Source: Oculina patagonica
Lineage: Eukaryota
Reading direction: 5' to 3'
Assembly (NCBI RefSeq): GCF_052425735.1
Contig: NC_135765.1
Coordinates: forward strand, 32,674,001-32,738,000
Length of the DNA: 64,000 nt
A model generated the notes under the pieces. The model saw only the letters and a program-made list of their open reading frames with translations. It was not told the DNA's origin and did no database searches. Each line of letters starts with the position of its first letter. The stretch's first letter is position 1. Of the stretch, positions 36,957 to 49,804 are shown one piece after another. The translations under genes and the position numbers were made by a program.

Positions 36957-37801
36957 AGTGAGTGGGTGTGGAAAGGACAGAGGAGGAGAGGTGGGTGAAA
37001 TAGGGGCCGGAGGGTGCCCTGCGCCCTTACCCTGTGTAAGACAACAAACCTTACTTTGACCAATGTTTTACAATAGCCGTGATTAATTGCTGACATTGAT
37101 ATTGACGAGGGCCTTTAATGTCTTTCCAATTGACGAACCCACTAATGCTTTGAAATGAAAACGACAAAAGAATTGACTGTGCATGAGTTTTCTGACTTAA
37201 AAAAATTGGCCGAGGAGATGTGGATTGAGGAAGCTTATAATTGAATTATTATGCCTATTTTTTCAAATTTGTCACACGTTGGTAAATAGTTATTTTTGTG
37301 TTTTACTTTGTGACACTAGGGTCCTTCAGTTTAATGCGGTTTGGCATAAGACATACACGGATAAATGGTATAAATTTTTTATCTTTTATTAATAAGTGTT
37401 GTTCTGGGTAAATGTTCGTAAGAAGTGTTTATGAATCGTTATTGTTTGCAAACAAGTTTTACAGTATATACGTAGTAAGGTAAAAGTTTTTATATTGAAT
37501 GACAGACAATTAAATTTTACAAATTAAATTAACCTAATGCCGGTGAAAGAAAAACCTCTGAAACTGCTGTTCAGTTCTGTGCTGTTTTTCTGTGGAGAAG
37601 GCGAAGATGTCGTCTTCCGACGCAAAAGTTAAAATATCTTGGTACGAGGTTATTTAAAATAGCTAAACCTGGCAAGAAAGCACATATGTTTCCTAAAAAC
37701 TTGTTCACTCTGCACAGGTGACAATTTCTCCCGCCCTTGTACGTAGGAATCTTAAATTTGGAAAGCAGTTGGCTAACCGACTTGTATAAGAACGTTAAAC
37801 C

Positions 37802-37992
37802 AAATGCAAGGCTGATCGGACAGCTAAAAAGGCTAAAATAATTTTATTGCCCAATATTTCGGCTTGACAAAAGTAACCTTCTTCAGGGGCTGAAAAAGCT
37901 AAGTGAAGAACGTTAGTTTTGTCTAGCCGAAATATCGGGCAATAAAATTTATTGATTTTAGCCTTTTTAGCTGTCTGATTAGCCTTGCATTT
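37802..37992. mobile_element. Inverted pair of Penelope-like terminal fragments with minimal hammerhead motif
   Basis: ~80-bp inverted arms; minus strand 37890-37849 reads GCCC-CTGAAGA-AGGTTACTTTTGTCAAGCC-GAAA-TATT-GGGC. Confidence 0.6.
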
Positions 37993-38215
37993 TAATTTAG
38001 GGGGTTTTTTTTGGGGGGGGGGGGGGGGGAAAAATTGGTTTAACGTTTTATTCAATATTACTAATCCTAATCCACGCAGATCCGGCATCACTTCGCTGCA
38101 GTTTGTTCAAGTGATCCTTGTATTATTCAGGGGTACCTTAATGCATAAGAACTCCAAACATATATAAGCCTAACAACAAAAGGAGCAATTTTCACCAATG
38201 ATTACAGTCGGAGAT

Positions 38216-40476
38216 TTAAGCTTGCGGAGGGGGGACTTCTTGAATTATTAGTCGACTGTTAGGCTGAATTACAGCGGAAATAATCTCCTGTATACTGGAA
38301 TATCCGGGACAATCATCCAAAGAGATCCCCACGCGAACTAATCCCCCAGGGACTGAACTGCAATAGCCAGAGACACTACCATGCATAAATACTGGGAGAG
38401 TGTTCTTCTCGTCACTTTCAATCAAGTGTAAGGCGCTGAACACCGCATTGATGCTCCCAGGGTCGGTACACGTCAAGTTGTCAAACGTGAAGTACCAAGT
38501 CTTACAGCAGGTCTTGCATAAACCGATATGTGTCTCTCCTTGGTAGGTGACGTGTAGTGAGGTATCGTTACGCATTTTAACAAACGTGCAAGACTAGGGA
38601 AAAAGAAACAAAATTAAAAGTATAAATTCTCCAGTCAGTCAGTCAGTCAATGCAATCAATCACCCAGTCGGTCGGTCAGACAGTCAACCAGTCAGTCAGT
38701 CAGACAATCAATCACTCAGTCGGTCGGTTTAGTCAGACAGTCAATCAGTCAGTCAGTCAGTCAGACAGTCAATCACTCAGTCGGTCGGTCAGACAGTCAA
38801 TCAGTCAGGTTGTCAGTCAGACAATCAATCACTCAGTCGGTCGGTCAGACAGTCAATCAGTCAGTCAGTCAGTCAGATAATCAATCACTCAGTCGGTCGG
38901 TCGGTCGGTCGGTCGGTCGGTCGGTCGGTCGGTCGGTCGGTCGGTCGGCGCAGTCAGTCAGTCCGTCAATCAATCACTCAGTCAGTCGGTCGGCCAGACA
39001 GTCAGTCAGTCAGTCAGACAGTCAAACAGTCAGTCAATTAATCAGTCAGTCTGTCGTCAGTCAATCAGTCAGTTAAACAGACACTCAGTCAGCCATTCAA
39101 TCAGTCAGTCAGTCAGTCAGTCAGTCTATAAATCAACACAAAACTACTGTACAGCATACTTACAGCCAACTCTCCCTTGAGCGTATTGATATCAGGTCTG
39201 AACATACATTGTTTCCAGTTCAGTTCGCTCACTCCAGGTTCTCCTTTATTCCCCTGTGGGCCGGTTTCTCCACGATCTCCTTTATCCCCCTGTAACCCCC
39301 GAGGCCCCCATGATCCCACGTCCCCCAGACTCCCGAGGCGCCCGGCGTCTCCCTTCCGCCCTTTTGCTCCTTTTCTTCCGATCTCTCCACGTTCTCCTTT
39401 CTGTCCTTTCACGGGAAAACCTCCGCCTCCCACGGGGGAGTTACCGGGTTCCCCCGGAAATCCTCGATCCCCGGGTATGCCCTGTGACCCCGGAGATCCG
39501 GTGGTACCCTTTGGTCCAACTGGCCCTGGAGGTCCAGGCAAACCAGAAAGCAACTCGCATGATTCCATCATCTACAATGGAAAAAAAGAGATAAAAAAAC
39601 AAATTAAAAAATAGCTTGAATTGCGATACGCGGTCCCTGCCAATATTAGCCTGAGTATCAGGCTTTTCTAAGGGGAAGGGAGTTTCCTTCCCTACCCTCC
39701 CCCTCCCCTTAGGAAGGCCTGATACTCAGGTTATGCCAATATAAACATTTCCAGCATTGATTTTCAAAGAAATTCTTCTTTCGAAAATTTGCCTTATAGC
39801 GAAGGCGTTTCTCACGCTTACTTAATTTGTAACAGGAAAAGGGATTGAAAGGGATTTGAAAGTTTAAAATGCACACCACTCTCCCCCCCCCCCCCACCCC
39901 AACCCCACTCTTTGGTAAGGAGGGTTGTGATTGCCGTATCAAATAGAAAGAAGTGCACAAAAGACTGTTTAATAAAACTGTGATTCTTAGCCGGTATATG
40001 TGGAACGTTTTTTTTTTAGATAAACGTGATAAAAATAAAACAACCGCACCTAGCGGGTGGAGAGAGGGGAAGCGAGAAAGGGGAGGGGGGGGGAGGTGTA
40101 GAATTCATTTGTAATTGATTTTCATTCTTTCTATAATGAGTAGCACTCGGCCAAAATGTTCTGCTCGGATTTTTTGCTTCACTTTGTCCTCGATCAGTCA
40201 AAAATCGTTCGATAAGAATATCAAACAATTCAAAACACAAATAACTGTGTTGCTTTACAGTGATATTTATCCATAAGAGGTTTTTTAAAATAAGCACGAT
40301 GGTCTCTTAGTCGGCTCTGAAAATACCACAAATAAATGTCGGTAATCTAAACTGACGCCAAAACAATAATTTCCTACCTCGCGACATTCTGGCTGCGTCC
40401 ACACAATGTCACCTTGACCGTCGATCGTCTTAACAATAAAGAAAGACAGAAAGAGAAGCGAAAACATGGCCACCAT
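38216..40476 (-). CDS. CTHRC1: CTHRC1-like protein, paralogue B (294 aa, 3 coding exons)
   Basis: Exons 40476-40378 (signal peptide), 39571-39164 (collagen to NWKQC), 38593-38216 (SCTFVKMRN, CKTCCKTWYFTFDNLTC, VSGYC, SRLIIQEV); all GT-AG, phase 0. Confidence 0.9.
38632..39126. repeat. Compound (AGTC)n/(GGTC)n microsatellite in an intron
   Basis: ~495 bp of tetranucleotide repeats. Confidence 0.95.
39648..39733. repeat. Small hairpin MITE
   Basis: AGCCTGAGTATCAGGC ... GCCTGATACTCAGGTT inverted ends. Confidence 0.6.
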
Positions 40477-41828
40477 TGCTGATGTCTTTGAGCGAGCAGA
40501 CTTACAGATATCGATTGTTCCTTGTAATGGATTGCGTGACGCGCGCGTTGATCATAACAAACAGGATGTCATTGTTAATTCACTCTGCTTACCATGCCAG
40601 ACGGGTATTTCCGGATTAGAAGGACTCTGCTCTGCATGGATGCAGGCTGAACATTTATTTTTGTTTGGCTAATCCTCATGCATGTAAAACGCCTTGTGTA
40701 GTATCTTTACACAAAACACGATTCAACGCAAACGAACGAAGTGTGTTAATGATTGCCTGAAAATTATGGAGATGCTAGAACTTTTATCGCTAGCGCGCAC
40801 ATCCTTTAAAACTTTCCGCATTTGACGCGCTTAAGAACCGCGCAGCCAAACAAGAATTACGCGCGAGACGAGAATTCTTCCTTGCGCGATCAACGCGAGA
40901 GGCGCGCGTTCCCCCTGGATCTCAGATTGTGAGAAACATGCGCCCTTATTTCTTGGGTGTAGGTAAATCTCGGGGATAGGACAGACGCTACAGAATATAC
41001 CGTGGGAAACGATCGCCGCAGTATTAGAGTCGGGCTGTTTTGTTTAAAATACACCGATTAGCAAGAGAAAAAGGAAACGCAAAATAGAGGGAAATGGCTT
41101 AGAACACTGGCTTTGACTAATGTGCAAAGAAAGAAGCACCCGCTGTAAACAAGTGTATCAGGAATGACTAAAAGTGTTCGTTAACTTTTATGCTTATGTG
41201 AAGATTTGCTAACTTTTCCCCAAGTTTTAAAAAAAACGACAACAACAACAACGGTACCACATTAAAATAATGCTCAATCCGCACTAGGATTTCATCCAAG
41301 GACTTGAAGGATAGATACAACTTGTACAGCATAACTGAATGGTACTTCAAGAAAGGAGTGCTCAAAATATAGCTTTTATTTGAAACAAGAATTTCGTTCA
41401 CTTTTGACGTGAGGTCCGTGAGTCAGTGGCAAAAGTGCGACCTGTATCTATTTTCCTTGTCCTCCAAGCTGTTTCTCGCCGCTCGCTCATTTCGTATCAG
41501 TAGTTTTGAGAGAAAAAAAAATATGGAGATACACGCCGCAGTGCATGCATTGGTCCTGTCGTTGACTGTTCAGAGCCTCTCTATTTTCCCAGATCATGTC
41601 AGATCGCGAAAAGAAAAAAAACACAAGGGAACAAAAGCGCAGAGCGTAAGGGGATCGTGGAGGTGGGGTTGGTGGTTGGGAGGAGGTATATTTTTCTCAT
41701 TCGCCTGCCCAATCCCCACCCACCACGCCCTTACGTTCCGAGTTCGTTACGTTCGCGGGTTCTTTTCGCGTTGGGAAATATGGAGAAATTGTGAGCAGTC
41801 TTGGCTTTTGCTATTCTGTATATGTATT

Positions 41829-43767
41829 TCATTGCGATGGCGAAACTTCTTGGATTAATATGTTCCCATATCGTTTATACAGGCGTAGATTATACGGTAT
41901 CGGCGAACTTGAAAACGTCGGACAATCTTCCATCTGTAGGCCGATTCTAATCGGTCCTGAAGCAAATCTTGTTTCACAAAACCCTTCAATTCTGCCGTAG
42001 GAGTAGAATGGGTAATCGAGGCCCAGACCTCCCGACATAACTGCGTCGATTGGGCCTGGGTTCTTACACTCGGCGTCGTTGAAGATGAAGTACCATCGTT
42101 TGCAGCAGTCTTTGCAGAGACCGATCTGAAGGTTGCCTTCGTACACGACGTGTAGAACTGAGTTAGAGTCTTGCTTTGTGAAGATGCATTCCTATTAAAG
42201 TAAATTGGTATGGGTTAGAATGGAATCTTCTGCAATAAACGATGTTCTTTTTATCTGCAAGTTTGCGTGTAGTGACTGACTTGAGAGTTAGGCGGGTAGT
42301 AGCTCTCGGAAGGTCTTACATGAATGGCTCCCTATCCGTTGAGAGAAATAGAACAGTCAACAGGTACAATGCCCCTAGCCCTAAAAACGAAAAAGTAGCA
42401 AGTGCTACACTAGAGGACAAGTAAAATTACAAGCTTACGAGGGCCGCTACACTACTGGAAAAGTTTCAGAGGTGGTCCGGTGTGTTAAGAATTTTGTCTT
42501 CATATTTAGTAGCACATAAGGTTTTGAGGGCAGATGAATTTGACGGTCCCTTAAATGTACTTTTGCTGATTTAGTCAACAAAATTTTTAAAAATTCTGAT
42601 TCACTCGAACTAAAGTTTTAAAAGCGAATAAATTCACTTTAAATCAAAAGAATATGCTTCAAATCCAACATCGAGGAAAATTACAAATAAACAGACAAAC
42701 GAACAAGCAACTTATAAGACTACCTTTAGAAGGCCATTGTCTTTATTGCGGTTCAACTCCCATGAACATCGCGACCAACTTCCCATGGTACCGGAGGATC
42801 CCACATTACCAGGCGGGCCGGGGTCACCGGAATCCCCCTCTTCGCCTTTGATCCCCCTTTCTCCTGGAAACCCGTCGTATCCTTTTCTTCCTCTCGGTCC
42901 CGGTGTTCCAGCATCTCCGCGGTCACCAGGACTACCTGATATCCCTCGTTCTCCGGGATCCCCTGGGGGACCGGGTCGTTGACCGGTCGGGGGTCCCGGT
43001 GGTCCAGGAGGCCCCGGGCTAGATCTTCCTGGCGGCCCTCTAGCTCCCCTTGGACCTTGCGGGCCTGTGGGGCCCGGAGCCCCTTGGTTCCCAGGGAGTC
43101 CTTGAGGCCCGGGTGCGCCTTGGGCCCCACGCGTTATTTGATCGCATTGGCTGGTCATCTGAGTGAACGTATTGAGACAAAAAACAAAGACATTGTTATC
43201 TGGGAATCGGTCAAATTCCCCACACGCGCGTGTCCTACTCGCGTGGAGAGACTCGGAATCGACGGGAAAATGCTTTTAAAACGTTATTAGAATTGATGTT
43301 TCGAGTTTATAAATAGAGGCTGAAACAGTTAAAGAATTGGCTGACGATTTTTTCGTCCAAACAAACCCACAGTGCTTTTTTGCTTGAAAGATTTAAAGCT
43401 CTTTAATTAACTTAATCAGATTACTGAGTATTTGTTTGGATTGTGGATTGCACTCATTTAAGAAGAAATATTGGAGAATAAAAAGGTAAATTGTTTTGAA
43501 TTGAAGTGAATTGAGAACTTTAATCTTCAGCACTGGAAAATCCGTATGCTTTAGGTAGCATATCCCATGACACTCATTTGCCTAAAACAATAATATATAC
43601 GTTCTCAGTGGCGGTTGGAGGCGGTGAGAGGTAGGGGGGGGGGGGAGGGGTTTCTTGGAGGTCATTCTTACCCTTTGGCAATCTCTCTGAGTCCACGGTC
43701 GAACTCTCTGTCCATATACAGCCAAGAAGAAAACATTTTGAAGGATAAATGCAGTAAAAAACTTCAT
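41829..43767 (-). CDS. CTHRC1: CTHRC1-like protein, paralogue C (297 aa, 3 coding exons)
   Basis: Exons 43767-43672 (signal peptide [19 protein letters not shown]), 43158-42724 (collagen to WSRCSW), 42191-41829 ([40 protein letters not shown]); GT-AG, phase 0. Confidence 0.9.
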
Positions 43768-45760
43768 GTTCTGTTAAGGCGGCAACATTCACCTAAACCG
43801 AGGGCAAAAAAAATCGAAATAAATACATAATTGTGAAGAGCGCAAATATGTCAGAAGAATAGCGCTTAAAGTTCAGTTTAATATAATATGACGAAGCTCT
43901 GTCACCATAAACCCTATCGCAAAAAGAAAACGAGAATCCGGATAGGTTTACATTTTTCAAAACTTGGAAATAGATAATGACATCCTCCCTTGTAACTTCA
44001 ATCGACAAAAATCAGAGGAGAAATCCTTAGATTTCGGGGAGGGGTAGGTACGGAGAAGGGGAGGGGGGGGGGGGGCTACTACACGAATATAAATTCGGGA
44101 TGGGAGATAAGAAGAGGATCGAATGGTACAATTCGCGGTGATTAAACGTACCATAAAAGCAAGGCTCAGTTGTAAGTTAGCAAATGACCTCGGACCAAAG
44201 TTGTTAAACATGATTTCAAGCGAACGAAGAAGTTATATATCCTGTCCAATGAGTTATTATCAATCGGCAGCCAAAGGTTCTTAGAAAATCAGGAAAATGT
44301 GGCAAACTGTAGACTGTAAACCAATCTTTGACTTGACTTAATACTTTCCTTGCCTATTATATAACGTGTCTTGAAGAGATCGAAGCGAGACATGTTCAAT
44401 TGAAAGCTAACTTACCTTGAACGAAGTAGTGTATTCCAAAAAGTAAGAGATATGCCTTGAAACCTTGCGTGTTTTTAGAGCGTCCAAATGACCTTTGGCT
44501 TTTGAAATATAATCTGATATCGTTTCCAACAGAGCTGAAGTTTCTGGCTTTCACACGTCAATTCGTGTGTTGACGGCCGACAAACTCGAGCGATCGCGCG
44601 TGAGATCCGTGAGCTTCGCACGCGTTTGACACGCAGAATACGTGCGAGATCATCACTCAAACACACATACTTGATAATAATAAAAAACTTGCATGGAAGA
44701 TCAATGAACAAGTTTTGGTAACCAAATCAAAACGTTGTACATGGAATAATGCGTTTTTCTGGAAGCTTATACTGTGTTCCCCCCTCGAACCTGGAGCTGT
44801 TTTTGGGTGACTTTTCTTTTAAGTTTCCATTCGGGTCATTCAACCAAATTCGATTTCGCCGCCTAAACTTGAAAGAAAGAGGAACCTCAGAAGGGGTCCC
44901 ATATCCCCTTCTTTGTGGCCGAAAACAACTCTCTAATTTAAGTATTTGAAATCATCCAGCTACCCTCCCCGAACACAAGTGGCTTTAGAGCATTAAGGAT
45001 TACACATCCCTTGTTTGACCGGTTTTGTATTAATATTTATCTGCAGCCCTCTCCTTCCTGTTTCAGCCAGTAACTTGAAACCAATCGCAATTTGGTTGAA
45101 ATGACTTTTCCCCACTCGTTACCGTAACCATTCGATTTAGCGCCCGGAGTCGGGGGGGGGGGGGGATCTCGTTACGTTTTTGACACGACTATCAGAATGT
45201 AAGTATTCTATGGATACCAACAGGCGGCCATATCGATACTTAGCTTAAGAACTGGGTTTAAATTGTCATAACACCATTTGCTTGAGAACAACAATCACAC
45301 GGGCTTATAATTCACTTCGCTAGTGTCAGTCTATTCTGTCATTGTCTTGTGTATTTGATTGACAGCTGTGGCACTTTTGCCCACAAAGAACTTTGGGTGA
45401 TTGGGGGGAGGGGAAAGAGAGTGGGTAAGGGGGGGGGGGGGACCCCCAAAAAGGAGAACAAAAACAAGGAAAATCCAAAGTTGTTAAAACCAAGGACGGC
45501 TAAACTGCACCAGTAAATCTTTCTTCAGGTTCATGTACAGTTAGCCTGTGTTGCAGACGAACAAAACACGCAGGCTAATGTCGTGTACTATCTGAAAGCC
45601 TGGGACAGACTAACAGCTTCACATAAGTTTTGACATAGGTTTTTTGGGCATTAATAATTTTTCCGTACCAGTAATTAGAAAAATATTTCAACTCTTATCA
45701 CTGTAAAAACAGATATCTTTATTTTTTGTTGAAATTTTACATGTTTTGTTTGGCTTTGGT

Positions 45761-48700
45761 TCATGCACTTGACATAACCTGTAGAAACAGAAAAAAAAAA
45801 GAAGAAAATGTCAGGATAAAATGTTTCAAACCTAAGTTACACTGCACTTAAACAAGTTATCCTCTTGAAATCCCCACCCCCCGTCTCCAAAGAAAGCGAA
45901 AATCTAGTGCTAATGACCACTCTTTTTTACTCAAATGATAATTAGCGGGAGTTACCTGGCAAGCAATGCGGTCCATGTCCCGTTGTCCTTGACTGGTGAT
46001 ATTTCGGCCACTGAAACAGACAGTACTTTAATTATCAGAATAGGATGCAGAAATATTTTTTTCAACATACAGCTATTAAACAGCAGAGGCGCCCAAAGTG
46101 TGACCACTTTTAATTTATTCACATTCTTTCGTGCAGATTTAATCCAATCAAAGCCGTGGATAGCTTGCAGTTGACTTCTGATTGGATTAAATCTGCACGA
46201 AAGAATGTGAATAAATTAAAAGTGGTCACACTTTTGGGCGCCTTGCTGTAAAATGTCATTTCATGTGGCAGTGTTTATTGTGCTGTACAAGGTGGTTAAA
46301 ACTTTTAGCCTGTGAATGGCACAACAGTATGACTACATGTAATTGAAAGCAGTTGAGAAGTAGTACTTTTATATGTGGTTGTTCTGGGGTTTTTTTTTTT
46401 TACTGTTAATTATGCTGTACAAGGCGGTTCTAACTTTGAAGTTGGTTGAGGGACCCATAGTGTGTGACACAGAACTTTCATGTGGTACTGTTTATTGTGC
46501 TGTACAAGGTGGTGCTAACTTTTTAAGTTGGTCGATCTATCAGGGCTTGAAACTAATGGTAGCCACCTAGCCAAAGATTACAGTCAACTCTCTCTTAACG
46601 GACACCTCTATAAGACGGACACCTCCATAAGGCGGACACCTGGTGATGGTCCCTGCCGTTTTTCAGTCATTTTACTGTAACAAAACTCTCTGTAAGGCGG
46701 ACACCTCTCTAAGACGGACAACGGACACTTTGAAACCGCCAACGGACACGCACAAAAAGTTATTTTTTAGTGAATAATACTTCGAAACTTGGTATCAACA
46801 TATAGCATAGTAAGTCAACGCCTTTAGAATACCAAACTTACCAAAAACAATCTGCTATAACGTATTCCTTAAGTATATGGCACCAAAGAGGTAGTTTTCT
46901 ACTTACAGTATTACCGTTTGTAATGAACAAACAAGTCGAATTTCTGATACTATTTTTGCTCCACTTTACAGGTTTTGCTAAAGTAAGCGACTCATAACCG
47001 ACGTGTATTCGTTGTGCATAGCCGTTTAGGTTTATCTTCTCAAAATTTCTGATGTCACGTTACCTCGACTCTCTGTAAGGCGGACACCTCTTTAAGACGG
47101 ACAGTTGGGGCCGGTCCCGATGGTGTCCGTCTTAGAGAGAGTTGACTGTACTTTAATTTAGGTTTTGGCTACCAGGTTAAGCATTCCTACTAGCCATTTG
47201 GGCTAGTGAAAAACTCAACATTTCTTAATAGAAATCAATATAATTATCTGACTAGTGAATTATTACTTTTGGCTAGTCAATCTGTCATGGCATGTCACTA
47301 GCAAAAAACCAGCGAGTTAAAAAGTTAGTTTCGAGCCCTGTCTATACCGTGCGACCATTCAAATGAAAGCTATAGGTCTGTATAAACCCACTAGTGTGTG
47401 CCCATTCAGATGGAAACTATTTAGCATTATAGTTTTGTCATGTCTTTGGTAGAATTTGTATTTTGACAATTTTAGGCAGTTTCAGGTTAACTCACCCAGC
47501 GTTATCCTTTTCAACCAATTTCAGTTGTTCAAGGCCTTTCAAAATACTGCGAGCAACCGATGACGAACTGCGCTCAAAGTGGCTTGGCCTCACACCACGT
47601 TGCTTACGTCCTGAACAAACACAAGAACAGTGGTTAATTAAAAAGTGGATGCATATGATAAAGAAATTATATTTTATATTTCAAGAGAAGCTGAGAGAAC
47701 TCTATGCTGTTTCTCTTTTCTCCAGTGAATGTCACAATATTATTTTTGACATTCATTTATTACCGTATTTATTAGGTTATAAGGCGCCAGTTTTTTCAAG
47801 GAAAATCTGTTTTTCTGTGGGAAGTTTATGCCAAAATTGGGGTGCGTCTTATAGCCGAGTATTTTTGCCCAACAAAATCTTATGACCGCCATTTTACCGG
47901 AACTTACAAATAAAACAAGAAAAATAAAAACACTTAATGTTGGTCATTGACTTTTAGAACAAGAAAACAGATATAAGAAACAGCAAGTTTCAATGTAAAG
48001 TTTATTGTCACGTATTAACAAGTTTTCGCAACGCAAGTCTATGCCAGCATTTTGTTGAAACAGACAAAGAAAATCAAGCATACTCATTTGAAACAAACTT
48101 TTCTAAGCGTGGAATGTTGGAAATGACTTTAGAAGACTGGGAAAACACCAAAAAAGCTTGAGAATCTTTCAAAACCACTCGATAAACAAAGTAGAAAGCA
48201 ATACGAACCATGCTTGAGAACTTGGCAACCAAGCTACAAACTCAGTGGTTACTGGAAACTACACATCTTCCAGGTTACTAAGCAGCTAAATTCGAAGCAT
48301 GAATAATGGAAAGATGTTTTGCTCAAGCTCAAGTGGATTTACGTATTTTTTAGCAAGAAATGTTACCTTTTCACCCTTTGAGCGAAGATTGTGCCAAGGA
48401 GTATGAACAACACTCAAATTCTGTAAGAAGAACTGTCCTTAAATTGATCACCGCATCTTTTCAACTCACCAACTCATGGTGCCTCTTATAACCGAGTGTT
48501 TTTGGAAAATTTCAGTTTGGAAACTGAGCATGACAAATTTGCCAAGTTTGGGGTGCATCTTATAACCAAGTGCGCCTTATGACCGAATAAATACGGTATA
48601 TTATTTAGTACAAAAATTTCTTTTTCTTAAAATTTTGTAATTAACTTAGTTTTACTTTCTTTGCCACCTGCCTCAAAATAAGCATCTGCTATTTGCGGGC

Positions 48701-49766
48701 GACAGAAATCTTGTAACTATTATTTTAAACTTATAAATAAAATTAATAAATAAAGTTAAGTTGAAAGTTGAAGCCTTATGTCTTAACAAACTGGGGCTTT
48801 ACTATAGTAACTTCCTACTTCAATAAGCTATTCTTTTGAGGTTTCATTCTTTATTAACACACAGTGTAAAGCAGAACTACAGTAGAATCCCATTCTTTCA
48901 AACCTCCACGGGAAACGAAAATTGCTTCTTGAAATTAGGGGTGAAATTAGAGAAGTACAGGTACTATTTAAGGGTAATGAAAATCGTTTCAAGAAATCGA
49001 GAGTTTCTAAAAACCAAAGGATTGAGAAATCATGATTCTACTATACTCTACAACAGCCTCTTCAATTGACAAATCAAAACTCATGAATTTTGTGTGTTAA
49101 ATGCAAATAAAATTCTGGGTAGTGTATTGCATACCTCCATAGACACGGGTTAGGTGACCAACACCAAGACCATTACGAAGGTACACATGACGCAGGATTG
49201 ATGCTGAAAAACATCAAAAACAAAAAGTACATTGTAAGTAAAATAACCGTGAAGCTGAGCATGTGACAGTTTATCTGGAAATAGTCAGCAAGATCACATT
49301 TGAGCAAAATAAATTCAAGGGTTACTGTAAATCTTTACAACTGTGTAACATAGAAACCGCTAAAAAAGCAATAGAGTCTAACCTGAAATAAATTCAAATG
49401 ACAACATTCACATATACTTAGAGCGCTTTATATTTGTCAGAACTGGCTGGTCAGTCCATTGGTTTTGAATGTAAAATGGGCCTTTTGCATCAGATTCTCC
49501 CACAAATCTACCATGAGTAAATTGACAGGACAAATTTGACTAACAACGGAATTCTGTTCTTGATTTACCGGTCTGGCTGGCCAGTTCTCACAAATGGAAA
49601 GTGCCCTTAATCTTCGACTTACAGATGTTCCCAGGGGGGGGGGGGGGGTACTCCCATAAATTTCGGATAGGGGTGTGCCGCCAAGGTTCTTAAACCCTGA
49701 CCCTATTTAAGGATAAAAAAGCGAAAATTTATACCCTTTTTAAGACCCAAAACATTGTGTTGGTGT

Positions 49767-49804
<38 letters not shown>

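Noticed and set aside
38650-39076. QSVS/SVGR repeat ORFs
   Set aside because: Translations of an intronic tetranucleotide microsatellite.
39177-39614. Pro-rich plus-strand ORFs (also 34558-34806, 42737-42982)
   Set aside because: Antisense shadows of Gly-X-Y codons.
44416-44470. ACG-initiated hydrophobic exon as first coding exon of CTHRC1-like C
   Set aside because: Phase-1 donor hits a stop when joined to the acceptor at 43792; the ATG exon at 43767 fits the paralogues. Probably a 5' UTR exon.
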